Source: Endomicrobiia bacterium (GTDB taxonomy: Bacteria > Elusimicrobiota > Endomicrobiia > DTEH01). From it: a DNA stretch of 64,000 nt. The stretch is taken from the NCBI GenBank assembly GCA_039630545.1, contig JBCNUU010000001.1, positions 1 to 64,000 of the forward strand. The letters run 5' to 3'. Positions 18,947 to 29,734 of the stretch are shown in pieces. A program made the translations under genes and the position numbers. Below the pieces are notes generated by a model. It made no database searches. It saw only the letters and a list, made by a program, of their open reading frames with translations, and was not told the DNA's origin. Within the stretch, counting starts at the first letter, position 1. Every line of letters begins with the position of its first letter.

Positions 18947-20316
18947 TTAATAAATTACTTGTAGCCAATAGAGGAGAAATAGCTATAAGAGTAATTCGTG
19001 CTGCAAAAGAGTTAGGTATAAAAACAGTTGCTATCTACTCAGAGGCAGATAAAGATTGTCTTCACACTATGCTAGCTGATGAAAAAATATGTATAGGTCC
19101 TGGGCCTGCTAGTGAGAGTTATCTTTCTATACCTAATATAATTTCTGCTTGCGAAGCTACAGGAGCAGATGCTGTTCATCCAGGATATGGATTTTTGTCT
19201 GAGAATACTCACTTCGCAGAAGTATGTGAAGCCTGTAATATCGTATTTGTTGGCCCCTCTAAAGAAAGCATCCAAAAAATGGGAGACAAAGTTGAAGCAA
19301 AAAGAATAGCAAAAAAAGCAGGAGTACCAGTAGTTCCAGGAATAGAAGAAGAAATAAAAGATCCAGAAGATCCTGCATTGATTAAAGAGATAAAAAAGAT
19401 AGGTTTTCCAGTTATTATAAAAGCTGCGTTAGGTGGTGGTGGTAAAGGAATGAGGATAGTGAACTCAGAAGAATCGTTAAAGGTGGCTTTACTTACTGCT
19501 ATGGAAGAGTCAAAAAAGGCTTTTGGTTCTGATAAGGTATATATAGAAAAATATATAGAAGAACCAAAGCATATTGAAATACAAATTCTAGCAGACAAAA
19601 AGGGTAACATAGTTTTCTTCCCTGAAAGAGATTGTTCTATACAAAGAAGACATCAGAAGTTAATAGAAGAAAGTCCATGTATTATAATAGATGAAAAATT
19701 AAGAAAAAAAATAGGTAGAGCCGCTGCAAAGTTAGCAGAAGAAATAAACTACTATTCAGCTGGCACAGTTGAGTTTATAATGGATAAAAAAGGGAACTTC
19801 TATTTTATGGAAATGAATACCAGAATACAGGTAGAACATCCTGTAACTGAGATGGTATCCATCATTAAAGGTAAAAGGGGAGTCGATCTGGTAAAAGAGC
19901 AGATACTTATTGCAGCAGGTGAAAAACTCAAATTCAAATCAGAGGACATTACAATAGGAGGTCATGCCATAGAATGCAGAATAAATGCAGAGGATCCTGA
20001 TAAAGATTTTTTACCTTCTCCTGGAAAAATAGAAAGTGTAATATTTCCAGGTGGCAACGGTGTTAGGTTAGATACTCACATCTATTCAGGTTACTCTATT
20101 CCTTCTTTCTATGATTCTTTAATTGCTAAGTTGATAATATTCGCCTCTACTCGTCAGGAAGCTATAAGAAAAACCTTACGTGCTTTAGATGAGTTTAAAG
20201 TTGTGGGAATAAAAACAACCATACCATTCCATAAAAAAGTTTTGCAGACACAAGCTTTCTTAGAGGGAGATATTACAACTAACTTTTTGCAGAAATATAT
20301 ATATGAACAGATCTAG
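18943..20316 (+). CDS. accC: Biotin carboxylase
   Basis: LVANRGEIA, HPGYGFLSEN, GGGGKGMR, EMNTRIQVEHPVTE. Confidence 0.96.
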   Translation: MINKLLVANRGEIAIRVIRAAKELGIKTVAIYSEADKDCLHTMLADEKICIGPGPASESYLSIPNIISACEATGADAVHPGYGFLSENTHFAEVCEACNIVFVGPSKESIQKMGDKVEAKRIAKKAGVPVVPGIEEEIKDPEDPALIKEIKKIGFPVIIKAALGGGGKGMRIVNSEESLKVALLTAMEESKKAFGSDKVYIEKYIEEPKHIEIQILADKKGNIVFFPERDCSIQRRHQKLIEESPCIIIDEKLRKKIGRAAAKLAEEINYYSAGTVEFIMDKKGNFYFMEMNTRIQVEHPVTEMVSIIKGKRGVDLVKEQILIAAGEKLKFKSEDITIGGHAIECRINAEDPDKDFLPSPGKIESVIFPGGNGVRLDTHIYSGYSIPSFYDSLIAKLIIFASTRQEAIRKTLRALDEFKVVGIKTTIPFHKKVLQTQAFLEGDITTNFLQKYIYEQI

Positions 20317-20330
20317 CAAGGTTAACTTCT

Positions 20331-21065
20331 ATGTTAATAATTCCAGCAGTTGACTTACATAAAGGTAAATGTGTTCGTCTTACCCAGGGGAAATTAGATC
20401 AAGAGACAGTTTATTCTAATGATCCAGTTTTTGTTGCAAAACTCTGGCAGACAAAAGGTGCCAGACTTCTTCATCTTGTAGACTTAGATGGTGCGTATAC
20501 TGGTTGTGTTCAACATTGGGAAATAATAAGAAAAATAAGGGAATCTTTAGATATTCCAATTCAGTTTGGTGGAGGAGTAAGAAGTCTAAAAGTTGCTGAT
20601 AGACTTAATAAGATAGGAATTGATAGAATTATTATTAGCACTATTTTATTTTCTAAACCAGAAGAAGCAAAAAAAATAGTCAAGAAATATAAAGAAAAAG
20701 TTTTAGTTGCAGTGGATTTATATGAAGAAAATAAAATAGGAATAGGTGGCTGGAAAGACCAGATACCATTTAAATTAGAAGAGCTTTTGGAAAAAATTTC
20801 TTTGTTGGGGGTTAAAGAAATAATAATTACTGACATACAAAAAGAAGGTATGCTTGAAGGAATAGACATAGAAAAAATATCAAAAATTGTTGATATTACA
20901 GCTAAGTTGGATTTGAGTGTGATAATTTCTGGAGGGATAACCTCTTTAGAGGATATAAAAAATATAAAAAAATTTGAAGAAAAAAAAGTTGTAGGTGTAA
21001 TAATAGGAAAAGGACTTTATTCGGAAAAAATAAAATTTGAAGATGCAATAAAAATAGCACAATGA
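20331..21065 (+). CDS. hisA: ProFAR isomerase
   Basis: IIPAVDL, CVRLTQG, HLVDLDGA, QFGGGVR. Confidence 0.95.
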   Translation: MLIIPAVDLHKGKCVRLTQGKLDQETVYSNDPVFVAKLWQTKGARLLHLVDLDGAYTGCVQHWEIIRKIRESLDIPIQFGGGVRSLKVADRLNKIGIDRIIISTILFSKPEEAKKIVKKYKEKVLVAVDLYEENKIGIGGWKDQIPFKLEELLEKISLLGVKEIIITDIQKEGMLEGIDIEKISKIVDITAKLDLSVIISGGITSLEDIKNIKKFEEKKVVGVIIGKGLYSEKIKFEDAIKIAQ

Positions 21066-21475
21066 AAAAGATATCCGATAAAAGATACGAAAAAATTTTT
21101 GAAAACATTAAGTTTGACTCAAATGGTCTTCTTCCTGTTGTGGTTCAAGATTATAAAACAAACAAGGTATTGATGGTAGCTTATATGAATAAAGAAGCAC
21201 TTTTGCTTACTCTTGCCAAAAAAAAACTTCATTTCTTTAGCAGATCCAGACAGAAGATATGGATGAAGGGAGAGCAATCCGGTAATATTCAGGTGCTTAA
21301 AAGTATATATATTGACTGTGATGGAGATTGTTTACTTGTAAAAGTAAAACAAATAGGTTCTGCAAGTTGTCATACAGGATATGAGAGTTGTTTTTACAGA
21401 AAGCTTGACAGAAATTTTAATTTTAAAGTTGTAGAAAGAAAAATTTTTGATCCAGAAAAAGTATACAAAAAATAA
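21062..21475 (+). CDS. hisI: Phosphoribosyl-AMP cyclohydrolase
   Basis: FSRSRQKIWMKGEQSG, DCDGD, CHTGYESCF. Confidence 0.95.
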   Translation: MKKISDKRYEKIFENIKFDSNGLLPVVVQDYKTNKVLMVAYMNKEALLLTLAKKKLHFFSRSRQKIWMKGEQSGNIQVLKSIYIDCDGDCLLVKVKQIGSASCHTGYESCFYRKLDRNFNFKVVERKIFDPEKVYKK

Positions 21476-21477
21476 AT

Positions 21478-22998
21478 ATGATAACTGCTGGAGATTTTAA
21501 GAGACTGGTAAATAAAAATATAAAAAAATCTTCCAAAAAATTGATAATTCCTGTATTTAAAGAAATTACTTTAGATACAGAAACACCAATTTCTTTATTT
21601 TTAAAATTATCAGTTGGACAAAAATTTGCTTACCTTTTAGAAAGTGCGGAAACAAATGTAAGATGGGGAAGATATTCATTTATTTCTTTTCTGCCTTACA
21701 TTATATTTTTGTCTAAAACCAACAGGATAGAAGTAAAATTTAAAGATAAAGTTTTCTATTATAAAGATGATCCTTTTGATAAAATAAGACATTTACTTAA
21801 TAATTTTTATCTTCCTAAAGAAATATTTTCAAAAAATGACATTCCAAAATTTGCAGGAGGTTTTGTGGGATATATAGGATATGAAAATGTTCACCTAATA
21901 GAACCTAAAGTAGAAAAGCCTTTAAAGGATGAATTTGAAGATATTCCTGATATATATTTGACATTTAATAAACAACTGTTAGTATTTGATCACTACTTAA
22001 ATAAATTAAAAATAATAAACCTGGTTATCGTTGAAAAAAATTCTTCATTAGATGAGATTTATAATTCTGCAATAGAGGAAATTGAAGAAACTGAAAGAGT
22101 AATAAGAACTACCATATCTTTGCCAGAAGAACTTAAGTTTAATTTTAAAAATTCTTTTGATTTTAAAGAATTTGATTCAAATATTTCAAAGGAGAGATTT
22201 ATAGAAATAGTAAAAAAAGCCAAAAAATACATCTACAATGGTGATATTATTCAGGTTGTAGTTTCAAGAAGATTGTATAAAGTTACATCTGCTGAGCCAT
22301 TTGAAATATATAGAAGCTTAAGAGTAATTAATCCTTCAGCATATATGTTTTATTTAAAATTTGATAAGTTAATTCTTATTGGTTCTTCTCCAGAAATTCT
22401 TGTAAGAAAACAGCTTGACACAGTTGAGACTCGTCCTATTGCTGGTACACGGCCTCGTGGAGAAACAGAAGAAGAGGATAATTTTTATGAAAAAGAACTT
22501 ATAAATTCAGAAAAAGAAAATGCAGAGCACATAATGCTTGTAGACCTGGCAAGAAATGACATAGGAAGAATCTCAGAAGAAGGAAGTGTGAAGATTCCAA
22601 GTTTTAAAACAATAGAAAAATTTTCTCATGTGATGCATATAGTATCGACAGTTAAAGGAAAAATTAAAAAGAACATAGATGCTATAGATGTTCTTAAAGC
22701 GTGTTTCCCAGCAGGAACTGTTTCAGGTGCGCCTAAAGTAAGAGCTATGCAAATAATTTCAGAGTTAGAAAATGAAACAAGAGGACCTTATGCTGGAGCT
22801 GTGGGTTATTTTAGTTTGACTGGCGATATGGATATGGCTATCACTATAAGAACAATAGTGTATCTAAATAAAAAAGTCTACATTCAAACAGGTGCCGGCA
22901 TAGTAGCTGATTCTTCTGCTTATAAAGAATATCAGGAAACATTAAACAAAGCAAAAGCATTACTTTTAGCAGTAAAGATTGCAGAACTTAATAAATAA
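21478..22998 (+). CDS. trpE: Anthranilate synthase component I
   Basis: [46 protein letters not shown]. Confidence 0.93.
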   Translation: MITAGDFKRLVNKNIKKSSKKLIIPVFKEITLDTETPISLFLKLSVGQKFAYLLESAETNVRWGRYSFISFLPYIIFLSKTNRIEVKFKDKVFYYKDDPFDKIRHLLNNFYLPKEIFSKNDIPKFAGGFVGYIGYENVHLIEPKVEKPLKDEFEDIPDIYLTFNKQLLVFDHYLNKLKIINLVIVEKNSSLDEIYNSAIEEIEETERVIRTTISLPEELKFNFKNSFDFKEFDSNISKERFIEIVKKAKKYIYNGDIIQVVVSRRLYKVTSAEPFEIYRSLRVINPSAYMFYLKFDKLILIGSSPEILVRKQLDTVETRPIAGTRPRGETEEEDNFYEKELINSEKENAEHIMLVDLARNDIGRISEEGSVKIPSFKTIEKFSHVMHIVSTVKGKIKKNIDAIDVLKACFPAGTVSGAPKVRAMQIISELENETRGPYAGAVGYFSLTGDMDMAITIRTIVYLNKKVYIQTGAGIVADSSAYKEYQETLNKAKALLLAVKIAELNK

Positions 22999-23009
22999 AA
23001 GGGTTTTTT

Positions 23010-23624
23010 ATGATATTAGTAATTGACAACTACGATTCTTTTACTTATAATTTAGTTCAATATTTAGGAGAAATTTGTCTTAATAATAAAGAGTTTTTAG
23101 CACAGAAAATTAAAGTATTTAGAAATGACAAAATAACGATTTCTCAAATAAAAAAATTAAATCCTGACTATATAGTAATATCTCCTGGTCCATGTGATCC
23201 AAAACGGGCAGGAATTTCGACAGATGTAGTAAAAAGTTTTTATAAGATAGTACCTATCCTTGGGGTATGTTTAGGTCATCAGTGCATAGTAGAAGCATTT
23301 GGAGGAAAAGTAATAAAAGCAAAAAAGGTTTTTCATGGAAAAACTTCATATATTTATCACGATAATAAAACAATATATAAAGATTTACCAAATCCTTTTT
23401 TAGCCACAAGATATCATTCTTTAGTAGCAGACAGATCAAGTTTACCAGAAGAGTTAGAAATAACAAGCTGGACAAAGGATAACACAATAATGGGTGTAAG
23501 ATTAAGGCATTCAGAGTATATAGTAGAAGGCGTACAATTTCATCCAGAGTCAATTCTTACAGAAGTGGGTAAGAAAATTCTTTTAAATTTTTTAAAATTA
23601 AGGAGCAAAAAATGGAAAAGGTAA
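23010..23624 (+). CDS. trpG: Anthranilate/aminodeoxychorismate synthase glutamine amidotransferase (TrpG/PabA)
   Basis: IDNYDSFTYN, SPGP, GVCLGHQ, GVQFHPES. Confidence 0.93.
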   Translation: MILVIDNYDSFTYNLVQYLGEICLNNKEFLAQKIKVFRNDKITISQIKKLNPDYIVISPGPCDPKRAGISTDVVKSFYKIVPILGVCLGHQCIVEAFGGKVIKAKKVFHGKTSYIYHDNKTIYKDLPNPFLATRYHSLVADRSSLPEELEITSWTKDNTIMGVRLRHSEYIVEGVQFHPESILTEVGKKILLNFLKLRSKKWKR

Positions 23625-24364
23625 TAACTCAAGCTATAGTAGAAAAATATCTTAAAGAGATAGTCGATAACGTAGAAGTAGATGTGGTGATATGTGGAGC
23701 AGGTCCTAGTGGTCTTTTGTGTGGATATTATTTGGCAAAAGAAAAAATAAAAGTAATAATTTTTGAAAAACACCTTAAGGTAGGTGGAGGAATGCCGGGT
23801 GGCGGAATGATGTTTAATAAAATAGTATTTCAAAAAGAAGTGTTAAATATATTGGATGAAATTGGAATATCTTATTCCTATTATAAAGATGATTTATTTG
23901 TTTCTGACAGTATAGAAGCAATTTCTTGTTTAACATATAAAGCAATAAAAGCAGGTGTAAAAATCTTTAATTTGTTTAGTGTAGAAGATGTAGTGGTAAG
24001 AGAAAATAAAATCTGTGGAGTAGTTGTAAACTGGACAGCGGTACAACAGGCATCTTTGCATGTGGATCCTTTAGCGTTTATTTCAAAATATGTGGTTGAT
24101 GCTACAGGTCATGACTGTGAAGTAGCAAAGATAGTAGAAAAAAAACTTGGAGTTATAAAAGTAAAAGGAGAACAGTCAATGTGGGCCGAGGTAGCAGAAA
24201 AACAGCTTCTTGACAATACAAAAGAGGTATATCCGGGGCTTATAGTATGTGGAATGGCAGCAAATGCATTTTTTGGTTCTTACAGAATGGGAGCAATTTT
24301 TGGTGGTATGTTTCTGTCAGGTAAAAAAGCTGCAGAAATTATAAAATCAGCTCTTCTTAAATGA
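23612..24364 (+). CDS. thi4: Sulfide-dependent thiazole synthase (Thi4 family)
   Basis: GAGPSG, GGGMPGGGM, LHVDP, DATGHD, RMGAIFGGM. Confidence 0.92.
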   Translation: MEKVITQAIVEKYLKEIVDNVEVDVVICGAGPSGLLCGYYLAKEKIKVIIFEKHLKVGGGMPGGGMMFNKIVFQKEVLNILDEIGISYSYYKDDLFVSDSIEAISCLTYKAIKAGVKIFNLFSVEDVVVRENKICGVVVNWTAVQQASLHVDPLAFISKYVVDATGHDCEVAKIVEKKLGVIKVKGEQSMWAEVAEKQLLDNTKEVYPGLIVCGMAANAFFGSYRMGAIFGGMFLSGKKAAEIIKSALLK

Positions 24365-24408
24365 TTTAATCCTTTTTGTAGTTTTATATCTTCACTGTAT
24401 TGAAATTT

Positions 24409-26349
24409 ATGGCTAATCTATTAGAAAAATTGATTTCCTATACTTTTACTACAAAAGATAAGTTTATTATTTTTGAAACATTAAAGATAGACAGTTACAA
24501 TACCTATTCTTATATTTTTTATTCCCCTGTAAAAGAATTGATTTTAAGAAATCCTTTACATATAAAAAAGTTTTTTGAAGATATTGAAAAATATCTTAAG
24601 AAAGGATTTTATCTTGCAGGATTTCTTTCTTATGAGTTAGGATATTTTTTAGACTATAAACTTGATGAGAGAAATTTAAAGTATAAAATTAAAGGTTTCA
24701 GTTTCCCTTTAGCTTTTTTTTATGTATTTAAGGATCCTATTATTTATGACCATCGATCAGAAAAATTTTTTAATATTGACAAGGAATTACTTCTAAAAAT
24801 AGAAAAATTCGTTAATTCAAATAACCACTATAAACTAAAAGGTGTAAAACTAAATTTAAGCGAAGAAGAGTATATAAAAGATATAAATAAAATAAAACAA
24901 TATATATTAAATGGAGATACTTATCAAATAAACTATACAATTAAAACAAAATTTAAAATAAATGGCTCTATAGCTGGCTTTTATAATAAAGTAAAAAATT
25001 TTCAAAAAGTTTCTTACTCTGCAGCAATAAAAACGAAAGATTTTTATATTCTATCATTTTCTCCAGAACTTTTTTTTAGAAAAGATAAAAATATCTTAAT
25101 TGTAAAACCAATGAAAGGGACAATTCTTCGTGGAAAGAATTTACTTGAAGATAGAATAAATGCTAAAATTTTAAAAAACAGCATTAAAAATCGTGCAGAA
25201 AATGTAATGATTGTGGATCTTTTAAGGAACGATTTAGGTAAAATTTCTCATTATGGTGCAGTAAAGGTTGAAAAACTTTTTGAAATAGAAAAATATGAGA
25301 CACTTTTTCAGATGACTTCTACTATTAAAACAGTTCTATTGGAAGATATTAATCTTTATACTCTTTTTAAAGCTATATTCCCTTCAGGGTCTGTCACAGG
25401 AGCTCCCAAAATTAGGTCGATGCAAATCATTCAAGAGTTAGAGAAAGAACAAAGGAAAATTTATACAGGTTGTATAGGTTTTTTAACTCCTGAAAAAAAT
25501 GCTGTGTTTAATGTAGCAATAAGAACAGTTTTGATTGAGAAAAACAGAAACGCAGAAATGGGAATAGGAAGTGGAATAGTTGCAGATTCGGATCCAAAAA
25601 AAGAGTTTGAGGAGTGTAAACTAAAAGCAAATTTTTTGTTTAAAACACAGCCTGAGTTTCGTCTTTTAGAAACAATTTTGTTTTCAAATTTTCCTGTTAA
25701 ACTTAAAAAATTTGATAGTATTTATCTCAACATAGATGAAAGTAATTTTAAAAATGGATTTTTTTTGCTTGATCTTCATCTTAAAAGATTAAAAGAATCT
25801 GCGTATTATTTTGACTTTAAATATGATGAAGAACTTATATTAGAAGTTTTAAAAAAACTAAAAAGAAAGATTTTATATGAAAATTTCTATAAGGTAAGAT
25901 TGCTTCTATCAAAAAATGGCAAAGTTGAACTTCAACCACAACCACTTATGGGATTTAAGTTCTGTTGTGAAAGTCCGGTAAAAATAAAATTATCAAAAGT
26001 TTCTATTAATCCTGAAGAGGTATTTTTATATCACAAAACAACACATAGAATAATTTATAATAAAGAGTACAACAATTATAAAAGATATGGATATTTTGAT
26101 GTTTTATTTACTAACAACGAAAGACAAATTACAGAAACATCCAGAGGAAACATTTTTTTAAAAATTGATGGAAAAATTTTTACTCCAAAATTAAAAAGTG
26201 GACTTTTAAAAGGAGTTTTTAGAAGTTTGATCATGAAGTATAATGATGTTATAGAAACTTTCCTTACTGTAGAAGACTTGTTTAAAGCTCAAAAAATATA
26301 CATCACCAATTCTGTAATAGGTATAAGAGAGGCAGAGATAAAGTTGTAG
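24409..26349 (+). CDS. pabB: Fused aminodeoxychorismate synthase / lyase (PabB-PabC)
   Basis: PMKGT, AENVMIVDLLRND, GSVTGAPK, followed by a class IV aminotransferase-like domain (YHKTTHR, ITETSRGN, GLLKG, NSVIG). Confidence 0.9.
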   Translation: MANLLEKLISYTFTTKDKFIIFETLKIDSYNTYSYIFYSPVKELILRNPLHIKKFFEDIEKYLKKGFYLAGFLSYELGYFLDYKLDERNLKYKIKGFSFPLAFFYVFKDPIIYDHRSEKFFNIDKELLLKIEKFVNSNNHYKLKGVKLNLSEEEYIKDINKIKQYILNGDTYQINYTIKTKFKINGSIAGFYNKVKNFQKVSYSAAIKTKDFYILSFSPELFFRKDKNILIVKPMKGTILRGKNLLEDRINAKILKNSIKNRAENVMIVDLLRNDLGKISHYGAVKVEKLFEIEKYETLFQMTSTIKTVLLEDINLYTLFKAIFPSGSVTGAPKIRSMQIIQELEKEQRKIYTGCIGFLTPEKNAVFNVAIRTVLIEKNRNAEMGIGSGIVADSDPKKEFEECKLKANFLFKTQPEFRLLETILFSNFPVKLKKFDSIYLNIDESNFKNGFFLLDLHLKRLKESAYYFDFKYDEELILEVLKKLKRKILYENFYKVRLLLSKNGKVELQPQPLMGFKFCCESPVKIKLSKVSINPEEVFLYHKTTHRIIYNKEYNNYKRYGYFDVLFTNNERQITETSRGNIFLKIDGKIFTPKLKSGLLKGVFRSLIMKYNDVIETFLTVEDLFKAQKIYITNSVIGIREAEIKL

Positions 26350-26433
26350 TTTTATTGAATTTTTTAGAAATTTTATATATAATTTTAACTTTGTAATTTA
26401 TATTATAAGAGAAATAAAGGAGAAATTCAATCT

Positions 26434-29241
26434 ATGTTGGTCGACTATTCAAAAACTGTCAATTTGCCAAAAACTAATTTTTCAATGAAGGGCAATCTTT
26501 CTCAAAGAGAACCCGGTTTTATAAAATTCTGGCAGGAGAACCGGATTTATTATAAATTGTTAGAAAAAAATAGAAATAAAAAAACATTTATTTTACATGA
26601 TGGCCCACCTTATGCCAATGCTCCTATTCACATAGGTCATGCTTTAAATAAAATTTTAAAAGATATTGTTGTAAAATACAAATCAATGTGTGGGTATTAT
26701 TCACCCTTTATTCCGGGTTGGGACTGTCATGGATTACCTATAGAATATCAGTTATTTAAAGAACTAAATATAACAAAAGATGAAATTTCACAGGTGGAGT
26801 TTAGAAAAAGAGCTAAAAATTATGCTCAAAAATATGTGGATATTCAGAAAGAAGAGTTTATAAGACTTGGTGTTTTTGGTGAATGGGATAGACCATATCT
26901 TACAATGGATCCAGAATATGAAAAAAATATAATTTCTACATTTAGAACTTTAGTAGAAAATCATTACATTGTAAAAAGAAAAAAACCTGTATACTGGTGT
27001 ATACACTGTGAAACTTCTTTAGCAGAGGCAGAAGTAGAATACGAAGAAAAAATTTCGCCTTCTATATATGTTAAATTTCCTGTTTATAAACTTGCTGAAG
27101 AGTTGAATAAAAATTATGAAAAACTTTTTATCTTAATATGGACCACTACTCCCTGGACGTTACCAGCAAATCTTGCGCTTGCAATAAAACCAGATGAGAA
27201 GTATGTCGTTGTCAGATATAATAATGAAAACTATATTTTTATAAAAACAAGACTTCAAGAATTAGAAAAAATTCTAAACTCAGAATTAGAAGTAGTAGAA
27301 GAATTTTATGGAGAAAAAATAGCAAAAGGTGATTTACAAAAAACCACTATATGCAAACATCCTTTTATAGATAGATTTTCTTATTGTATACCGTATGAAA
27401 ATGTATCTGTCAATGAGGGTACAGGTATAATACATATAGCTCCTGGACATGGGGAAGAGGATTATATTTTAGGATTAAAATTTGGTTTTGATATCTATTC
27501 TCCTGTTGATTATAAAGGTAGATTTGATGATACTTCATTTAAGGATCTTCCTTTGTCTCTTTTAGGGAAAGATGTGTTTAGTTGCAATTCTTTGATTATT
27601 GAGTATCTTAAGCAGATAAATATGTTGCTAAAAGAAGACAAAATTCAGCATTCTTATCCTCATTGCTGGCGTTGTAAAAATCCAGTAATTTTTCGTTCAA
27701 CTCCACAGTGGTTTCTTTTAATGGATAAAAATGATTTAAGAAATAAATTATTACAAAATATAAAAAAAGTAAAATGGATACCTGAAATTGGGGAAAATAG
27801 AATTTCTTCAATGGTAGAAGTAAGGCCAGATTGGTGTTTATCTCGCCAAAGATACTGGGGTGTTCCAATTCCTGCCGTATACTGTGAACAATGCAAAGAG
27901 GTGTATTTAAGTAGCGATATACTTAAGAAAGTTGAAGATTTTTTTGAAAAAGAAGGTTCTGATAGTTGGTTTATAAGAGATGTGAGAGATTTTCTGCCTC
28001 AAGATTTTAGGTGTAAATGTGGAAGCAACAAATTTATAAAGGAAAAAGACATTTTGGATGTGTGGTACGATTCCTCTGTGTCTTACAAAGTGTTAGAAAA
28101 ACTAAAGATTAATACCGAGAAAGAAATAATGTATCTTGAAGGTTCAGATCAGCATAGAGGATGGTTCCAAGTTTCGCTTATAACCTCAACAGCGACTCAA
28201 AATTGTTCTCCGTATAATATTGTTTTAACACATGGTTTTGTAGTAGATGGTGAAGGAAGAAAAATGTCCAAGTCTTTAGGGAATGTAATTTCTCCACAGG
28301 AAGTAATAAAACATCATGGAGCAGAAATTTTAAGACTTTGGAGTGCTTCCTCTGATTATTCAATAGATGTAAGAATTTCATCAGAAATTCTTCAAAGGTT
28401 AATAGAAACATACAGGAAGATAAGAAATACAATTAGATATCTATTAGGTAATCTTTATGATTTTAAAATATCTGAAGTTCAATATAGTTTTGATTTTCTT
28501 GATAGGTATATACTTTCAAGACTGTCTAATGTAATAGATGAAGTTTTAATTTCATATGAAGAGTTTAAATTTTATAGAGTTATTAATATAATAAACAACT
28601 TCTTCATAAAAGAACTTTCAAGCTTTTATTTTGATGTTTTGAAGGATAAACTTTATACTTATAAAAAATCTTCCATAGAAAGAATTTCTTCTCAGTATGT
28701 TTTGTATAAAATTCTGGTTTCTGTGGTACCTTTAGTTGCTCCAATTTTAAGTTTTACTGCAGAAGAAGCCTGGCAAGAAGCCAGAAATAATAATTTGGTA
28801 AAAGAAGAAAGTGTATTTTTATGTGATTTGAACTTAATAAAAGATGATCTTAAGAAATATAAGAATAAAGATTTAGAAAAGGAATTTGAAAAAATTTTGG
28901 AACTAAAAGAAGAAGTAAATCTAAAAATAGAAAATTTAAGAAAAAAAGAAATAATAGGCAACTCTTTAGAGGCTGAGGTTTTGCTTAAAATTAATTCTGA
29001 AAGTGAGTATAAAAAAATTGTAGAGAAGTATAAGGATAAATTAGCATCTTTGTTTATCGTTTCTTCAGTAGTAGTAGAGTTTTATTCAGATCTTTCTGAA
29101 GGATTTGTCGTAGAGGTCTCAAAGTATGATGGTATAAAATGCCCTAGATGCTGGGTCTACTATAAAACTCTTACAGATAAAGGTGTATGTGAGAAATGTA
29201 AAGAGGCATTAAAAGAATATGAAGAAAATTTTTCTAAATAA
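26434..29241 (+). CDS. ileS: Isoleucyl-tRNA synthetase
   Basis: HDGPPYAN, HIGH, WTTTPWT, KMSKS, C-terminal CPRCW...CEKC. Confidence 0.98.
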   Translation: MLVDYSKTVNLPKTNFSMKGNLSQREPGFIKFWQENRIYYKLLEKNRNKKTFILHDGPPYANAPIHIGHALNKILKDIVVKYKSMCGYYSPFIPGWDCHGLPIEYQLFKELNITKDEISQVEFRKRAKNYAQKYVDIQKEEFIRLGVFGEWDRPYLTMDPEYEKNIISTFRTLVENHYIVKRKKPVYWCIHCETSLAEAEVEYEEKISPSIYVKFPVYKLAEELNKNYEKLFILIWTTTPWTLPANLALAIKPDEKYVVVRYNNENYIFIKTRLQELEKILNSELEVVEEFYGEKIAKGDLQKTTICKHPFIDRFSYCIPYENVSVNEGTGIIHIAPGHGEEDYILGLKFGFDIYSPVDYKGRFDDTSFKDLPLSLLGKDVFSCNSLIIEYLKQINMLLKEDKIQHSYPHCWRCKNPVIFRSTPQWFLLMDKNDLRNKLLQNIKKVKWIPEIGENRISSMVEVRPDWCLSRQRYWGVPIPAVYCEQCKEVYLSSDILKKVEDFFEKEGSDSWFIRDVRDFLPQDFRCKCGSNKFIKEKDILDVWYDSSVSYKVLEKLKINTEKEIMYLEGSDQHRGWFQVSLITSTATQNCSPYNIVLTHGFVVDGEGRKMSKSLGNVISPQEVIKHHGAEILRLWSASSDYSIDVRISSEILQRLIETYRKIRNTIRYLLGNLYDFKISEVQYSFDFLDRYILSRLSNVIDEVLISYEEFKFYRVINIINNFFIKELSSFYFDVLKDKLYTYKKSSIERISSQYVLYKILVSVVPLVAPILSFTAEEAWQEARNNNLVKEESVFLCDLNLIKDDLKKYKNKDLEKEFEKILELKEEVNLKIENLRKKEIIGNSLEAEVLLKINSESEYKKIVEKYKDKLASLFIVSSVVVEFYSDLSEGFVVEVSKYDGIKCPRCWVYYKTLTDKGVCEKCKEALKEYEENFSK

Positions 29242-29734
29242 TTTTTGGTGGATTTTGCTTTTTTTATTATTAGTATTTTTAGACCAGTACTCAAAATATC
29301 TTATAAGAGCAAATTTTTCTCTTTACCAAACAAAACAGATCTTACCAATTTTAGCTTTAACCTATACCACAAATACTGGAGTTGTATTTGGATGGTTTGC
29401 TGGAGTTAACTTTTTGTTCGTTGTAGTAGTAACTTTAATTTTAATATTTGTTTTAATTTCAGCAAAGGAAATAATAAAAGAGATGGGTCCTCTAGGAAAA
29501 TTAGTTGTATGTTTGATCATAAGTGGAGGTGTTGGTAATTTAATAGACAGAATCTTCTTAGGGAAAGTTACTGATTTTATTGATTTGCAGTGGAATTATA
29601 AAAATATATGGCCGATTTTTAATTTTGCAGATAGTTATGTTTTTATTGGTGTGTGTATTGTAATAATGAAATACTTATTCACTAAAATTAAATTTTTTAA
29701 AGTTCAAAAAAGAAATGTATCCAACTCTATTTAA
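29219..29734 (+). CDS. lspA: Lipoprotein signal peptidase II
   Basis: DQYSK, NTGVVFG, GNLIDR, VTDFI, FNFAD. Confidence 0.95.
   Translation: MKKIFLNNFWWILLFLLLVFLDQYSKYLIRANFSLYQTKQILPILALTYTTNTGVVFGWFAGVNFLFVVVVTLILIFVLISAKEIIKEMGPLGKLVVCLIISGGVGNLIDRIFLGKVTDFIDLQWNYKNIWPIFNFADSYVFIGVCIVIMKYLFTKIKFFKVQKRNVSNSI

Noticed and set aside
23540..23624. TPP riboswitch upstream of thi4
   Set aside because: thi4 overlaps trpG, leaving no room, and no motif is seen
26350..26433. T-box leader before ileS
   Set aside because: Only 84 nt of AT-rich sequence, with no T-box motif or terminator
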